From Phoronis australis (Eukaryota; Animalia; Phoronida): a stretch of 45,497 bases of DNA. The notes under the pieces were generated by a model. The model searched no databases, had not been told where the DNA came from, and worked only from the letters and a program-made list of their open reading frames with translations. The first letter of the stretch is position 1; each line of letters opens with the position of its first letter. The translations under genes were made by a program, and so were the position numbers. The stretch is from assembly GCA_002633005.1 (NCBI GenBank), contig NMRA01001118.1, positions 1 to 45,497 on the forward strand, written 5' to 3'. Below, piece by piece: positions 11,501 to 22,729 of the stretch.

Positions 11501-14500
11501 CTATCTTAATAAATAAAAATCGACAAAATAGGTATTCACTTGTCAGCCATATTGTGTGCAAAACAAGATTAGTGAAGAATTACTTACTAAAATACAGAAG
11601 TCCATGTTGTAGTCACAAGTGGCACTAGTCTTGGCACTTTAGACCATTTCCATTTTGTTTTATCAACAATGTACAAGAAAGTTGGCGCATGAAAGGTAGC
11701 ATAATGTACCTTTCATTTATGGATGAATAAAAAGTGGTACACTCACCACATGGGACCAAGTTCGATGGCTGAGGCTCCAACTTGCTGGTCAATGCAATGA
11801 CACCCCAACAGCTTGTACGGATTTACTGAAAATTATCAACTAAATTACTTCAGTATGACAAATTTTGTTGCCGTCAGAAGGTTCACAATGCAAATTACAG
11901 TAACCGAAGCTGAAAAGGTACTCAAGTAGGTGCATGTCTTGTCTATCTCATTGACCTTGTTTTGAAAGATTTCTGCAAATTATCTCAAGTGTCTATTGTG
12001 CTGCCAATTTGTAACACACGATCTTGAAAAGTGCATTTCAAACGTTGGAATTGGTATACATGAAAATATTTTTTTCTTTTATAGTCAAAGTGTAGAGTTC
12101 ACTCCTTGAATACAGAAAAATAAAATTGCTAAAAACATGGTAATTTGCCCAGAATTTAATACTTATAGTAGGCAGACTCACTGTAGTTATTTATCGCATT
12201 CTTCATTCGAATCTAAGCTTGTGTAGAGTATTTGTACTACAGACATTTTGACAATAATGGTTCACAGTGTTAAGTGAAGAAATTTGCTATTAATTGGACG
12301 TGAAGTGTGTGACAGTGAGGTGATAGTGAATATTACAGTAAAACGTGCTATGTTGTACATTTCTGTAGCGCACAAGGTCCCATTTGAAATTTCTAATATG
12401 GAAATTAGCAAGTAAACAAAAGACAGTCAGGATATAAACAGACAAACTGGTTTAAAACTCTAACACAAACTAAAGATTTGACAGTGTTTTGATTCATAAA
12501 ACACAGAGTAAGTAATCAATTATTTACAACTAGAATACATTTTGATCCCTTTAAATTTGCAAAATAAGGACAATTCTCGTCCCAGGCACTTTGTCAGAAT
12601 AGCAAAAACTTGGCTTGCAAGTCCAAGTACAATCAATTAATGGCTAGGCACACTAACATCATCAATTTGGCAAAACGCATTTCACTGTGAATACTTATCT
12701 GCCACAAAATTCTGGTACAAAAATAATTTAACTTTGGCAGAAATTGGCAGAATTCTGTGGAAGTGTGTTCGTTTCATGTTGAAAGCTACTGTATTGCATC
12801 ATAAGAGATGTTTTCACCTAATGGAGTTGTATTGTCTGGGATGAACGCCCTGTCCTGGCACATACGACAGTATAGTACTTTCTGAACCTTTGGCACACAA
12901 GCATCCGCCTGCTTAGGACCACGCAGAACCCTAACAGCTACAGAGATGAACGTTTCACTTGCACATGCAAACACCACGTCAATGCCTTTGTTAGCCTTGG
13001 CTGCAGACCTGCAACAAGACTTTAAATGCTGCATCAATAAGCATGTGACTTAGGTTTTTAAAGCATTATAAAATTACCGTAAACAAGAAATGACTGCATT
13101 GCTTATTAAATCTCAAACAACTTGCAATATATGGAAGAATTTTCAAAAAATGTCCAAAAACCTACACAACTTTACAACAATTTTAAGTCAAGCACTTGTT
13201 CGATTTAGTCAAACAGACAAAATCCATGCTTTTTGAAAAATAGCGATAATGGAATGTTTGTATTTTGGTTTGCCAAAACTCAAAAATTTAAAAATATTCA
13301 AATGTGCTTCAATAATTTATATCTTTATATTTTAGGAATTTTTATTCAAACCTATCCTTGTAGTGTAAACAGTGCATCGTCGGCCATTAAAGTGCTGATG
13401 GTTACAATGGGGATGACAACAAAGCTCGAGAAATAAGGATGGGTGCACATTTTGTTGTTTCACACATTCCGACATACCGCAACATGCCTGCAGTTCAGTG
13501 CTATACCCCTGTTGTTTACATTTTGTTATCTTTGGTTCAATGCAAGCGTATTTCGAGATAAAGCTACTATATGCCAATACAAATATGTTAGCTGTGCACC
13601 AAGTGGTGGCAAAATAAAGCACTAACCTAACCATTGCTCCAATTAAAATTCTCACTGCAACCTCTTTAAAACATTCCACTTTTTGCAGAACAGCACCATA
13701 GTTGCGCCGTGCAACATGTGGTGTCATCCCGTAGAGGGCGCCGAGGTCAGTTGATGTTACCACAATGATACCACCATTCATGATGTTCATAAAGGCCACA
13801 TCAAGGTACTGCACTGCTGTTCCAAAAGGATCTAAGTAACTAAAAGAAGACAACATCTGCCACTGCAAGACCAGGGGCTAATTCCAACAAAACTGACTGA
13901 GCTAAGACAAATCTTAAATTTTAGTGAATTTTATAATAAAAGTTAAATTTGTCTCAAAACAAAGAAAGGGATATTAAGTTTGACTTTCGTGTTTGACATA
14001 AGTTTTGTCTTAATTTTGACTAACATACCGAATGTGGAAGTTTCAAAGTTTGGAAGTTAAGACAAATCTTAAACTTAAGTCAAAAATGAACTTCAGTCAG
14101 TTTCTTGAAACAGGCCCCAGTACTGTACCTGCTTACTTAAGATACCATACATGTAAACCAATACAGGAATTATGCATTTGCTAGATATTTTTGCCTTTCT
14201 GTAGTGCTACAGCACAGCACCAAAAAGCTATGTATTTTCAGTAATTAATACACATTTACCCAAAAGTTAATAAAAAAGATTTCAAACCTTCATACAGCTT
14301 TTGTCGAAATAATCTCACATCATGAGTCTTGCTCAACAGAGCTAAAGGAGTTGCCAAAGGGTATTACAACACTGAACAGGCAATGCATTCTGACACTTGA
14401 CCATATTTTGAATGGTTTTCATTAAATCTATGGTTTGCAATGATTGTTTACAAAAATTGCCATGACCAGAGCAAAAAATGGTTGACATTTATGTAATACA

Positions 14501-17500
14501 AGCCAAAAGTAATTGGACAAAATGGCCCAGAATTCCCTGTCAAGCAGAATCCCTCATCAGCGCTGTCTTCTCTCATGACAGAGAATAAAGATGAGTCATC
14601 AGGACAGTTGCTAATATTGATAAGCCATTCTGGAATTGACCTATCACAAGCTCTGCCTGTGTGTGAAAAGTTGTTTTAAATTGATAATCCTGTAAACATT
14701 AATTTTAATGAAAAATGCATGGACATATTACACAAAGTCAAACTGTCTTTCACTCAGTAAAGTTGAAGCATCTTTAGTTGTGACCTCAATGATGTCTCCA
14801 GCTTGACACGCAGGGTCATCAAAGGTTGTGGTATCATCACTTATTGTCGGACATGTGACATCCATCACATTTCGTCTACAGTTTTGTTTAATACTGTCTA
14901 TTGACCGTGGTGACTTGTCATTGACAGCCACCTGGACACTGGACGATAAACACTTCTTCCACTGAAGGCCAGAAATACCTGGAAAAGGAAAAAGTATGGC
15001 CATATTACCCTGTAGCATTATTGGAGCATAAAATTCAATGCGACTTTCATTTTACACAGTTTTCAAATCTGCCCTGGCCGATTTGAAAGTAACGATTTTT
15101 TTTTAACCAAGGATATTCCCTAGCATCAAACTTTCTTTGGATAATTTTCTTAGCAATTGCAAAATATTGAATGAAAAATCATGTAAGATCTAACTCCCTT
15201 CTAACTAATCTTCATCTAAGTCAAAACTTAACCTGGATGATGTCTACGTTGTACTACATCGCCACACTGTGACAAACTTCATTTCATCACATCACCCTTA
15301 CATGTATGTCACAAAATGATTATCGAAAACTGGAAATTAATTACAAGGTCTCCTTTCCACTTTGGAGAAAGCAGAATAATGGCCTCAATAAATTACTGGT
15401 AAAAACACACTCGGTGCCCAAAAGAAAACATCACTGGCTACAACACAAAACTTCCTATCCCAGAAAAAAATCTGTGGTTCGACTAATTACTTCATTTCCT
15501 CAAAATAGCCCTATGAAAGAAATGTCAGAAGAGCCCATCTCAAGATGGTCTACCCTGTATGATGCACTACAATCCATCAGTTAATCTCAATCTCTAAAAA
15601 GAAAGCATGATGAGAAGATCCAATCTTACCAGAAGCAGCAAATGCATCCAAGCACCTGACAGGTAATTCTCGTTCGGAACACAAAACTTTCAAGGCGCAC
15701 AAGCATAGCTCCCTTCAAAACAAAAGACAACAAAGTATGCAAATGAACCGTTGCATGCATTTGAGACGGTACTGACAAATCTGTGGAATTAACAAAATAT
15801 CCGAAAAGGTATAACAACTGATCGTTTGGAAATTGACTTATATTTCACACCTGTCTGTCAAGGTCATAACTTTTCTGTTCAGGTGACCAATAATTGTTAC
15901 ATTGAGAGCATCAACTGACAGTCACGTAATCTGGACAACCTATTACTCACAAGTTCTGCTATATTTACTTATTAGTTGAACGAACCCTTAAACGGGTTGG
16001 AAGTTCGCTTCGAAAGAGGATAATTTTCTATCATACATGTCATCCTCGAATTCCACATCAAATATTAGCCTGTAAATGTGAATAATATGACAGAGTGAAG
16101 ACACTGATCTGCAGAAACAATACAACATATTGAACTCCTCTTCAAGAGAACTTATTCACTTGAAGATGACTGTTTACTATTCACGTCTCGCCCCACAAAT
16201 TGCACGTTTTATCTAGAGGTGAACTAAGGCATTCACTTTGCTTACTGACTATCATTCAGGTCACTGCTGAGGTCATTAGGTCAAAATTTATGAGCGTAAG
16301 ATGGCAGACGACTAGATGCATAATAGTTACACCAAAATAAAAAGAAGCCAAATATATCCAGATAAGACAGCTTATGGTTTTGTATATACCTTCGAATAAG
16401 TAACACTAGCATATTTAATAAGTAATTTTGTCCCCATGCAGGTATTTTTTCTAATTTCCTTGAATCAGGAAAAATCCAAGGACCTTCAAAACTGTTTGAC
16501 TTTTTGCCAAATAATGACTTTTCCCATTACAAAACCGTTCCCTCTACACCATTGGCGATCCCACGCAATCTATCCCTTATACCAAAGACAAAAGGCTGAA
16601 AGCTATTTGGAGTGAAGTTGACTTTGGTCAATAGGCTCAGTCTAACTCAATAGCCTGTCAGCTAGCTGCATGAGGAACTACCAACAAATCTATAGGAACA
16701 ACTGAGTGACATTAAGCTCTAACAGACCTTGAAATTGGTAGTTCTGCTCGTCATCTCCTCGAGAAAATTATTATCAACACTCAAAGCTAATGAATGGTGC
16801 ATGCAACATCTGCGAGTCAACCAAAACTCACCTTGTGCTAGCCCATTGTAGACATTCTTAAGCGAAATATAATATAAAAAAATGTCATTTTCATACAAAG
16901 TTCTCATCCTTTTATTACAAAGACAAGTATAACTTCATTTTGAAAACAGTGTGTTTGTGAAATGCACCATTTCTTTAATTTTGCAACATCTCTCAAGTGA
17001 TGATGGCAGCTTCGCAGCAGCAAAATTTGTTCTGAATTTAAGTTTGCGTTTGCCGGTATTAAAATGCCCCTTAACAAAACCAGTTCCGATATTACACTGT
17101 GACTTGTAGGCAACCCTGTGGAAGAACAGTTGATTGAAGAATTGGCGGTAAAGGAAACTAGCCAATAAGTTTGCTATACTTCATGGCTCCGCTAGCCAAC
17201 AGATCACTCCAAAAACTCAGCAGCATAATAGCAGAACCCCCATTTTCTATCACCGGTAAATAATTTAGGTTGCTCAAGGAAGAATGTACTTTTTAATGAC
17301 AATAACTGAAGGTCACATTTTATTTGGCCTGCTGTATTGACTAGTGTACTACTAGTAATAAATATTATACAATTGTGCACACATATACTTGGACAGTTTA
17401 AAAAGTTGACTGGGCGATTACAGAAGGTTCGTCGCCCAACAAATCAACACGATGACACTTTAATTACCTTGAAGTTCGCATTTTTCTATTAAAGTACGTT

Positions 17501-17592
17501 TTCTTTGTTGAAGGAGTCGCACTTAGTTCATCAACAGCGATTTTAATCCCGTTTTCCACAAAGTCTGTTTCTTGCTCCCTGGAGGCCGCCAT
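8401..17592 (-). CDS. TRMT1L: TRMT1-like tRNA (guanine-N2)-dimethyltransferase, complete 8-exon gene, 552 aa
   Basis: Exons 17592-17468, 15712-15630, 14978-14732, 13839-13627, 13008-12818, 11825-11747, 10142-9570, 8548-8401. All are GT-AG and phase-compatible, total 1659 nt. The spliced protein has YFNRKMRTSR, the SAM motif CLDAFAASG, VNDKS, FDFVYLDPFG, ELGPMWCGSLFN, PPFYWN and GYRASLTHFDP, matching recalled vertebrate TRMT1L motifs (LDAFGATG, HLDPFG, LGPLWSSSLFN, HPPFYYN, SRTHFDP). Confidence 0.95.
9570..10142 (-). CDS. TRMT1L: TRMT1L exon 7 (CGSLFN...GRKRKF...PPFYWN...KPP)
   Basis: tttttag| acceptor, AG|gtaagt donor, lies in ORF 9566..10366. Contains an S/T-rich insert and a basic NLS-like RKRK. 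Confidence 0.93.
10253..11112. mobile_element. Mutator-like non-autonomous element in TRMT1L intron 6
   Basis: TIR GGATTGTTCTAAAACCC / GGGTTTTAGAACAATCC with subterminal (C)GACCC/AACCC repeats. 9-bp TSD agactttat (10244-10252) / agattttat (11113-11121). Confidence 0.75.
11747..11825 (-). CDS. TRMT1L: TRMT1L exon 6 (NPYKLLGCHC...ELGPMW)
   Basis: ttttcag| acceptor, TG|gtgagt donor, GPxW motif. Confidence 0.92.
12818..13008 (-). CDS. TRMT1L: TRMT1L exon 5 (SAAKANKG...CRMCQDR...TPL)
   Basis: tgcag| acceptor, G|gtgaa donor, CxxC motif. Confidence 0.93.
13627..13839 (-). CDS. TRMT1L: TRMT1L exon 4 (YLDPFGT...LIGAMV)
   Basis: cttttag| acceptor, AG|gttagt donor, DPFG catalytic motif. Confidence 0.94.
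13875..14117. mobile_element. PIF/Harbinger-type MITE in TRMT1L intron 3
   Basis: Imperfect TIR GGGCTAATTCCAACAAAACTGACTGA / TCAGTCAGTTTCTTGAAACAGGCCC, 3-bp TSD CAG, internal repeated TAAGACAAATCTTAAA. Confidence 0.75.
14732..14978 (-). CDS. TRMT1L: TRMT1L exon 3 (GISGLQWKK...RQFDF)
   Basis: ttttccag| acceptor, GT|gtaat donor, lies in ORF 14728..15018. Confidence 0.92.
15630..15712 (-). CDS. TRMT1L: TRMT1L exon 2 (ELCLCALKVL...CLDAFAAS)
   Basis: ttttgaag| acceptor, G|gtaag donor, SAM-binding motif I. Confidence 0.92.
16800..17330 (+). repeat. Dispersed repeat in TRMT1L intron 1; one arm of the 36.8-37.9 kb palindromic family
   Basis: Shares blocks such as CAGCTTCGCAGCA(G/A)CAAAATTTGTTCTGAA and CTCAAGGAAGAATGTA(C/G)TTTTTAATGACA with 36800-37330. 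Confidence 0.75.
17468..17592 (-). CDS. TRMT1L: TRMT1L exon 1 (MAASREQETD...YFNRKMRTS)
   Basis: ATG in aaATGGCG context, in-frame TAG 51 nt upstream (17643-17641), donor AG|gtaatt. Confidence 0.88.
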
Positions 17593-18679
17593 TTCGAAAC
17601 ACCGCGTTCTTGGTTTCTCAAGACCAAAGAGTAAACACGTCTACAGCGTCCTCCTTTGACGCACGAATGACGGTACGCTCAGGCTTTGCAAGCCTATCTA
17701 TTTCTTAGCCACTATACAACTGCTGGCCGGACACCGGGACGCCTAAGTCAGAACTGGTGAAGTGCGCCTTGACTTATTTATTTTACAAATGCGGTATGAC
17801 TTGGAATTTGCGTGTTATGGCTCTAAAATGCTGTGTGTACAATGCGTACAGGGCATGAATTTTCTGTACTCCAGAGCCGAGGCTTTAGTGTCTTCTAGAC
17901 CGGACCCAATGCCAATTCACACTCCAAAATAACACCTTTAAATGACATGTAATCCCTACTGTAAGGAACAGATTAACACTGCGTACATAATCCTCGTGTA
18001 ATATATGTCTCACGTCAAATCAGGTCAGTGGGTTGAGTCCGGTCTCCGTTGAGGAGAGGGTTCATTTTTTCGACTTCAGTAAACACTTGAATTCAGTGAA
18101 TTGTTCAGGTGGCATATTCATATCAGAAACCATATTTCCTCAGAACATCCCATAGCCCATATCTAAGAAATTTGAGGACAATAGGTGGCTATTAAAGCAG
18201 AGATGTCATATCAGCCAACGATAGATGTCACGTACGTCTCTTTAACCGTGTGAGAGGGTCAGTGTTCAAACGCGCATGGCCTACGCATTCAGTCGAGCTG
18301 CCATCATTCTGCAAAAAAACGATCGCGAGTGAGCAATGTTTTAAATCCTAAGCTCCTCGGTTAGCAGGTTAACTGTGACAAAATGCTCCACAATCGAAAT
18401 CTGTAAATCCGAAATCCGGTTCCGCAAAAGGCCACCACTGAATTTCCGGCAGTGAGTGGCGACAAATTGCCATAACTCCCTGCACCCGGCCTATGCGTCA
18501 AGTTTCTACACTAAAGCATTTTTCATTGTGACCAAACTCTAAGATAATTTTCACAGATCACTGTAACTTCACGTTGATGCACTCAATGAGCTTATGTCAT
18601 TGGACGCACCAACGTTGAGTCTGGGCGCGAAGGAGTGGATGAACGTGCTCCACGCGCATGAGTCATGCGGCATAGTCTG

Positions 18680-18781
18680 CATAAAAGCCATATCACGCGG
18701 CACGGTTATGTTGCGCTAAAGAGGCATAAATATACTCGGCCATGTTAACAGCTCCGCATCCTTCACTTAATACCGGTAAGT
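18680..18781 (+). promoter_or_regulatory. Candidate promoter / non-coding first exon of the Sushi gene
   Basis: CATAAA(A/T) TATA-like boxes near 18680 and 18725 and a strong donor ccg|gtaagt at 18776. Further candidate splice sites at 19268 (acceptor) and 20407-20464 (small exon). Confidence 0.3.
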
Positions 18782-19315
18782 AGCCTATAGGAAAAGTTTC
18801 AGAGAGTGACCCTATCAATGAAAGATGTTGCAATTGAAAGAGACCAGGCAAACTCAGAATACAAATTTATCGGCTATACATAAACAAACAGCAGAAAATA
18901 CATGTATGCAAAAACATCCGATTCCTCTTTATTCTTCTGCACGTATTTGACCATAGATTGTAGCATCATCAGTGAAATGGAACTTGCTATGATGAATGAT
19001 GCCTAGCTCAGTTTTACTTAGGTTCTCATCTTTGAAATCAAAAAGGGTTAAGCAAGAAAGAAGTACGATAATCGCATGGTTTTTCAAATCCGAGCGCGCC
19101 ACAAGGTCAACTAAGGCCGCTCCTTTACATGTAGGGCTTGAGTTGGTGCCAAATTTGTTTGAACATATACACGTACCCTTTCAAGATCTGGGTACAAGCT
19201 AGGAACCAGTTCCTAGGTACAAGTTAGCAAACCAAAACCTGACACGAAGTTGTACATTCTTCCTTCAGACATGCGTAGACCACTAGCGCTGCTTGCTTAA
19301 TGATCATATACGTCA

Positions 19316-19973
19316 ACATTTGAGGGCAACTGGAATATAATGTACATGTACATGTACGACAATCTCTGTTCTCGCTGACCCTAACGCCCATTGTTTAACA
19401 CCATTACGCATAGTTCACGGAAAACAAAGCAATTTCCGTGTATCAGTTACTATGGGTTCTTTGCCACCGGGATTTTCTGTAATTTAGCCCATCCAATGAA
19501 ACACCCATGGCCGTTTATGCGGAAAATTATGCCAAATACACGCCCATGGGTGTTTGTTTAGTGTTACAACCTGTGGTGTTAAGTGTGCACACAGTGGGAC
19601 ATTAATTTGTAAATTTTCGTCCTAAAAGTCCACTCAGAGTCNACATTTGAGGGCAACTGGAATATACTGTAATGTACATGTACATGTACGACAATCTCTG
19701 TTCTCGCTGACCCTAACGCCCATTGTTTAACACCATTACGCATAGTTCACGGAAAACAAAGCAATTTCCGTGTATCAGTTACTATGGGTTCTTTGCCACC
19801 GGGATTTTCTGTAATTTAGCCCATCCAATGAAACACCCATGGCCGTTTATGCGGAAAATTATGCCAAATACACGCCCATGGGTGTTTGTTTAGTGTTACA
19901 ACCTGTGGTGTTAAGTGTGCACACAGTGGGACATTAATTTGTAAATTTTCGTCCTAAAAGTCCACTCAGAGTC
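19316..19973 (+). repeat. ~330-bp tandem duplication split by a single N (likely overlapping haplotype contig ends)
   Basis: 19316-19641 and 19643-19973 appear identical except for a 5-nt indel; N at 19642. Confidence 0.85.
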
Positions 19974-20643
19974 AACTTTTTGTCACAAATTCTGTTTTGT
20001 GGAGCATTAATCATTTAGGAAAACGCACAAGGTGTTCGCGAACTATGAATTTATTAACATAAAATTAAAAAAATGCAGTCTTACGTAAAAAATGTCAAAG
20101 TCACCAAAACTAGTACTTTCCCTTTACACGCCCGAATAAACGCCCGGGCGTTTAATTGGTATTGCTAAAACGCCTGAAATGTTTCATTTTCCGAATACTC
20201 TCCAGTGGGCTTATACAGTGTATCTACTGAACTTCACGGTACCAACGACAAGAAAGTCTGAGGAGCTCGATGAGTCCACGGTTTCGTTCATCATAACGAG
20301 AGTTCTGAATAATTGAATTTAGTAAAGTAAACAAACGCATAATCATGCGCTTGCCTAGTCAGTGTACGAGAGATTGAAGTCTGTTAAAACGTAGATTTTT
20401 CTAAAGATATCGACTGCATTGAAGAAATGGCATTACACAATTCCCAACACATTCAGGGTTGTCAGTAAGTCTTTGTTTCCCCCAGAACCATCTTCGCTCA
20501 ACTTTTGAGTGCATTTGTAAAAAGATGCCGGTCTTGTAGATTAAAATTCTATACTTATAGCAACTGTTTTTAAAATCTACGTTCAAGAATTAATTGCCAA
20601 TTAAAATGCGGTGACAACAAGATATTTCACTTTCATTTTCCAG

Positions 20644-20847
20644 GATCTCGATGCCGTGTGCCAAAAATCCCACGTGCCGTAGCAAATGTGAAGGGGTCCG
20701 TCAGTGCCCACCAGTTCGTCACTCTAACGTGCACAGACGACTTCTCTTTTGCCGACGGGCAAAGGTCAATTATGTTGGAATGCCTACCAAATAGCACATG
20801 GTCCACGGATGTTCCGGAAAATGGCTGCCAGGCTTACGGAAACGAAG
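20644..20847 (+). CDS. Sushi/CCP (SCR) domain exon of a single-pass membrane protein
   Basis: ttttccag| acceptor. Translation SRCRVPKIP...VTLTCTDDFSF...LECLPNSTWS...GCQ shows the 4-Cys + Trp CCP pattern. It is a 204-nt phase 1-1 exon if the donor is AAG|gcaaag; the 3' boundary is uncertain. Confidence 0.8.
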
Positions 20848-21320
20848 GCAAAGATTTGTTTAATATTGGAACGAGTTCGATATGAAATCGCAAACGTGAG
20901 AATAGATACATGTACCTAGATGTAACATGACTCTTAAGTGCATGGTCCATTCTACAGTGTATTTGTGCTACGAGCTTTGCAAACTATGATCCCCGCGATT
21001 GCTCAGTGTATTGAAAGACAATAACCGGACAGGTGAATTTTTGAAACAAAACCAGCTGAGTAACAATCGTCCGCTAAAGTGTAGCGACTTTGGAATATAG
21101 TTAGACAGCGATTGCGGATCGATCATCCACTGTGAGCTAAACAATCTACTCAGTTGGCGATAGCTGGACAATGTCCGACCCCATGGGAGGTTTGTTATTA
21201 TTAACAAATTGGACAACGACATACAGCAAAATCAATTCGAGGTCCCGCCTAAATGTCACTGCCTTTGAGAACCATACCAGTATTCTTCTCATCACGTTTT
21301 CCTTCTTTCCACATGTATAG

Positions 21321-21787
21321 GATACGCGGCGCCATTGATGTCAGGGACAGTACTTGGAGACGAAATTGGTTGGTACGGTTTTCTCTTCTTTCTTGCCCTA
21401 CCCGTGGTCGGTTTCTTTGTATGGCTGGCAATGGACATCGTGAGGAAGAAGCGACTGAGAGAAGCTGTTAAGCAACAGGAGAAGGCGCTGACCGCAGCTT
21501 TGGTGGCAATGTGTAGACGAAGCGGCGACCTCTCTATGGAAACGACTATTAAAAACGACGAGCAGGATTATCCACCACTGTTATGTTCAGACATAAAGAT
21601 GTCCGTTAAGAGGAAAAAGGTTCCATTGAGACGATGCCCGAGCAATGCACAACTTGACCAACTACAACACAATGGAGGCTGCACTGGCGCGTCAACAAAT
21701 CTATGTAGCGAAAAACATAGAAAACGCATAATTCGATCCGACTTAAATCTAAATGTAGTGAAATTGGGTACACAAAATTACTTATAA
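21321..21787 (+). CDS. Terminal exon: transmembrane helix plus cytoplasmic tail of the Sushi-domain protein
   Basis: Pyrimidine tract + tag| acceptor, phase 1. Hydrophobic GWYGFLFFLALPVVGFFVWLAM followed by RKKR stop-transfer signal. AATAAA at 22029-22034. Confidence 0.78.
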
Positions 21788-22729
21788 AATCATGCTGGGA
21801 CTAGTCATCGTAGCCAAGGGTGAAAATATTTACTTTGAAATTTTATCGGATAAAAGGATTGAGATATCTTCGAAACCCAGCTACAGTACATTGTAAATTG
21901 TCAATAACCTAATTCTAAGATCCGTGACAATATTTCAAAAACTTATACCAAGTAGGTGTGCGATCACATACATGCACGCTGTTTAAATTCAACATGACAT
22001 CTATTGTAAAAGACTCATTAATTCCGTGAATAAATGAACACACATGCTCCCCCTGTTAAGCCTGGAGCAAATTTGCTTATGGGACATAAAGAATCAGACC
22101 GGCAGACGGCGTCTGCCGCTTGAAAACTACACATGACGAAACCATGGGATCAGTCACACACAGACTGGACACATTTAAGCTTCCATGAACAAACACTGTC
22201 AATTTGGAGGTCCACGGTAGCACGGATGTCTTACCTACCAAAACGGCTAGTTAGAAGGACAACAAATCCACCTGCCCATGTGTATCGCGGTGCTTTAAAC
22301 AACGGTCTGTAAGAAGTGAATTTTGTCCTACGCTCCACAAAACTTTTTTCTGAAAAATATCACTTGAGCCATAGTGCCGAACTGAGAATGTACACGTAAT
22401 GGTAGTTACTGGCATAATATCGCTAAATTATTTCTAAATAGTGATTCTTTTATAATGGGGCTATTCGGAGAATTCCCCTCGTGGTGTCGCTGCTGTACTA
22501 GTGGTGAATGAGTTGCGCATGCTTGGCTGTCTGCATGTAAACAACTGGTAAAAGATGGAATTGTTATCGAAATAAGTCGTCGCAGTAAGCCCTATTGCTG
22601 CTAATTTCCCTGGTGCACAAATTTCCAAAAGACCTAAGATTACTATATTCGTGGACAACTGCGGTCGAAAGGGTCAACTAACTGACAAAATGTTTGTGGA
22701 TGCTGAAACCCCGTGTGTGCTCTATGACT

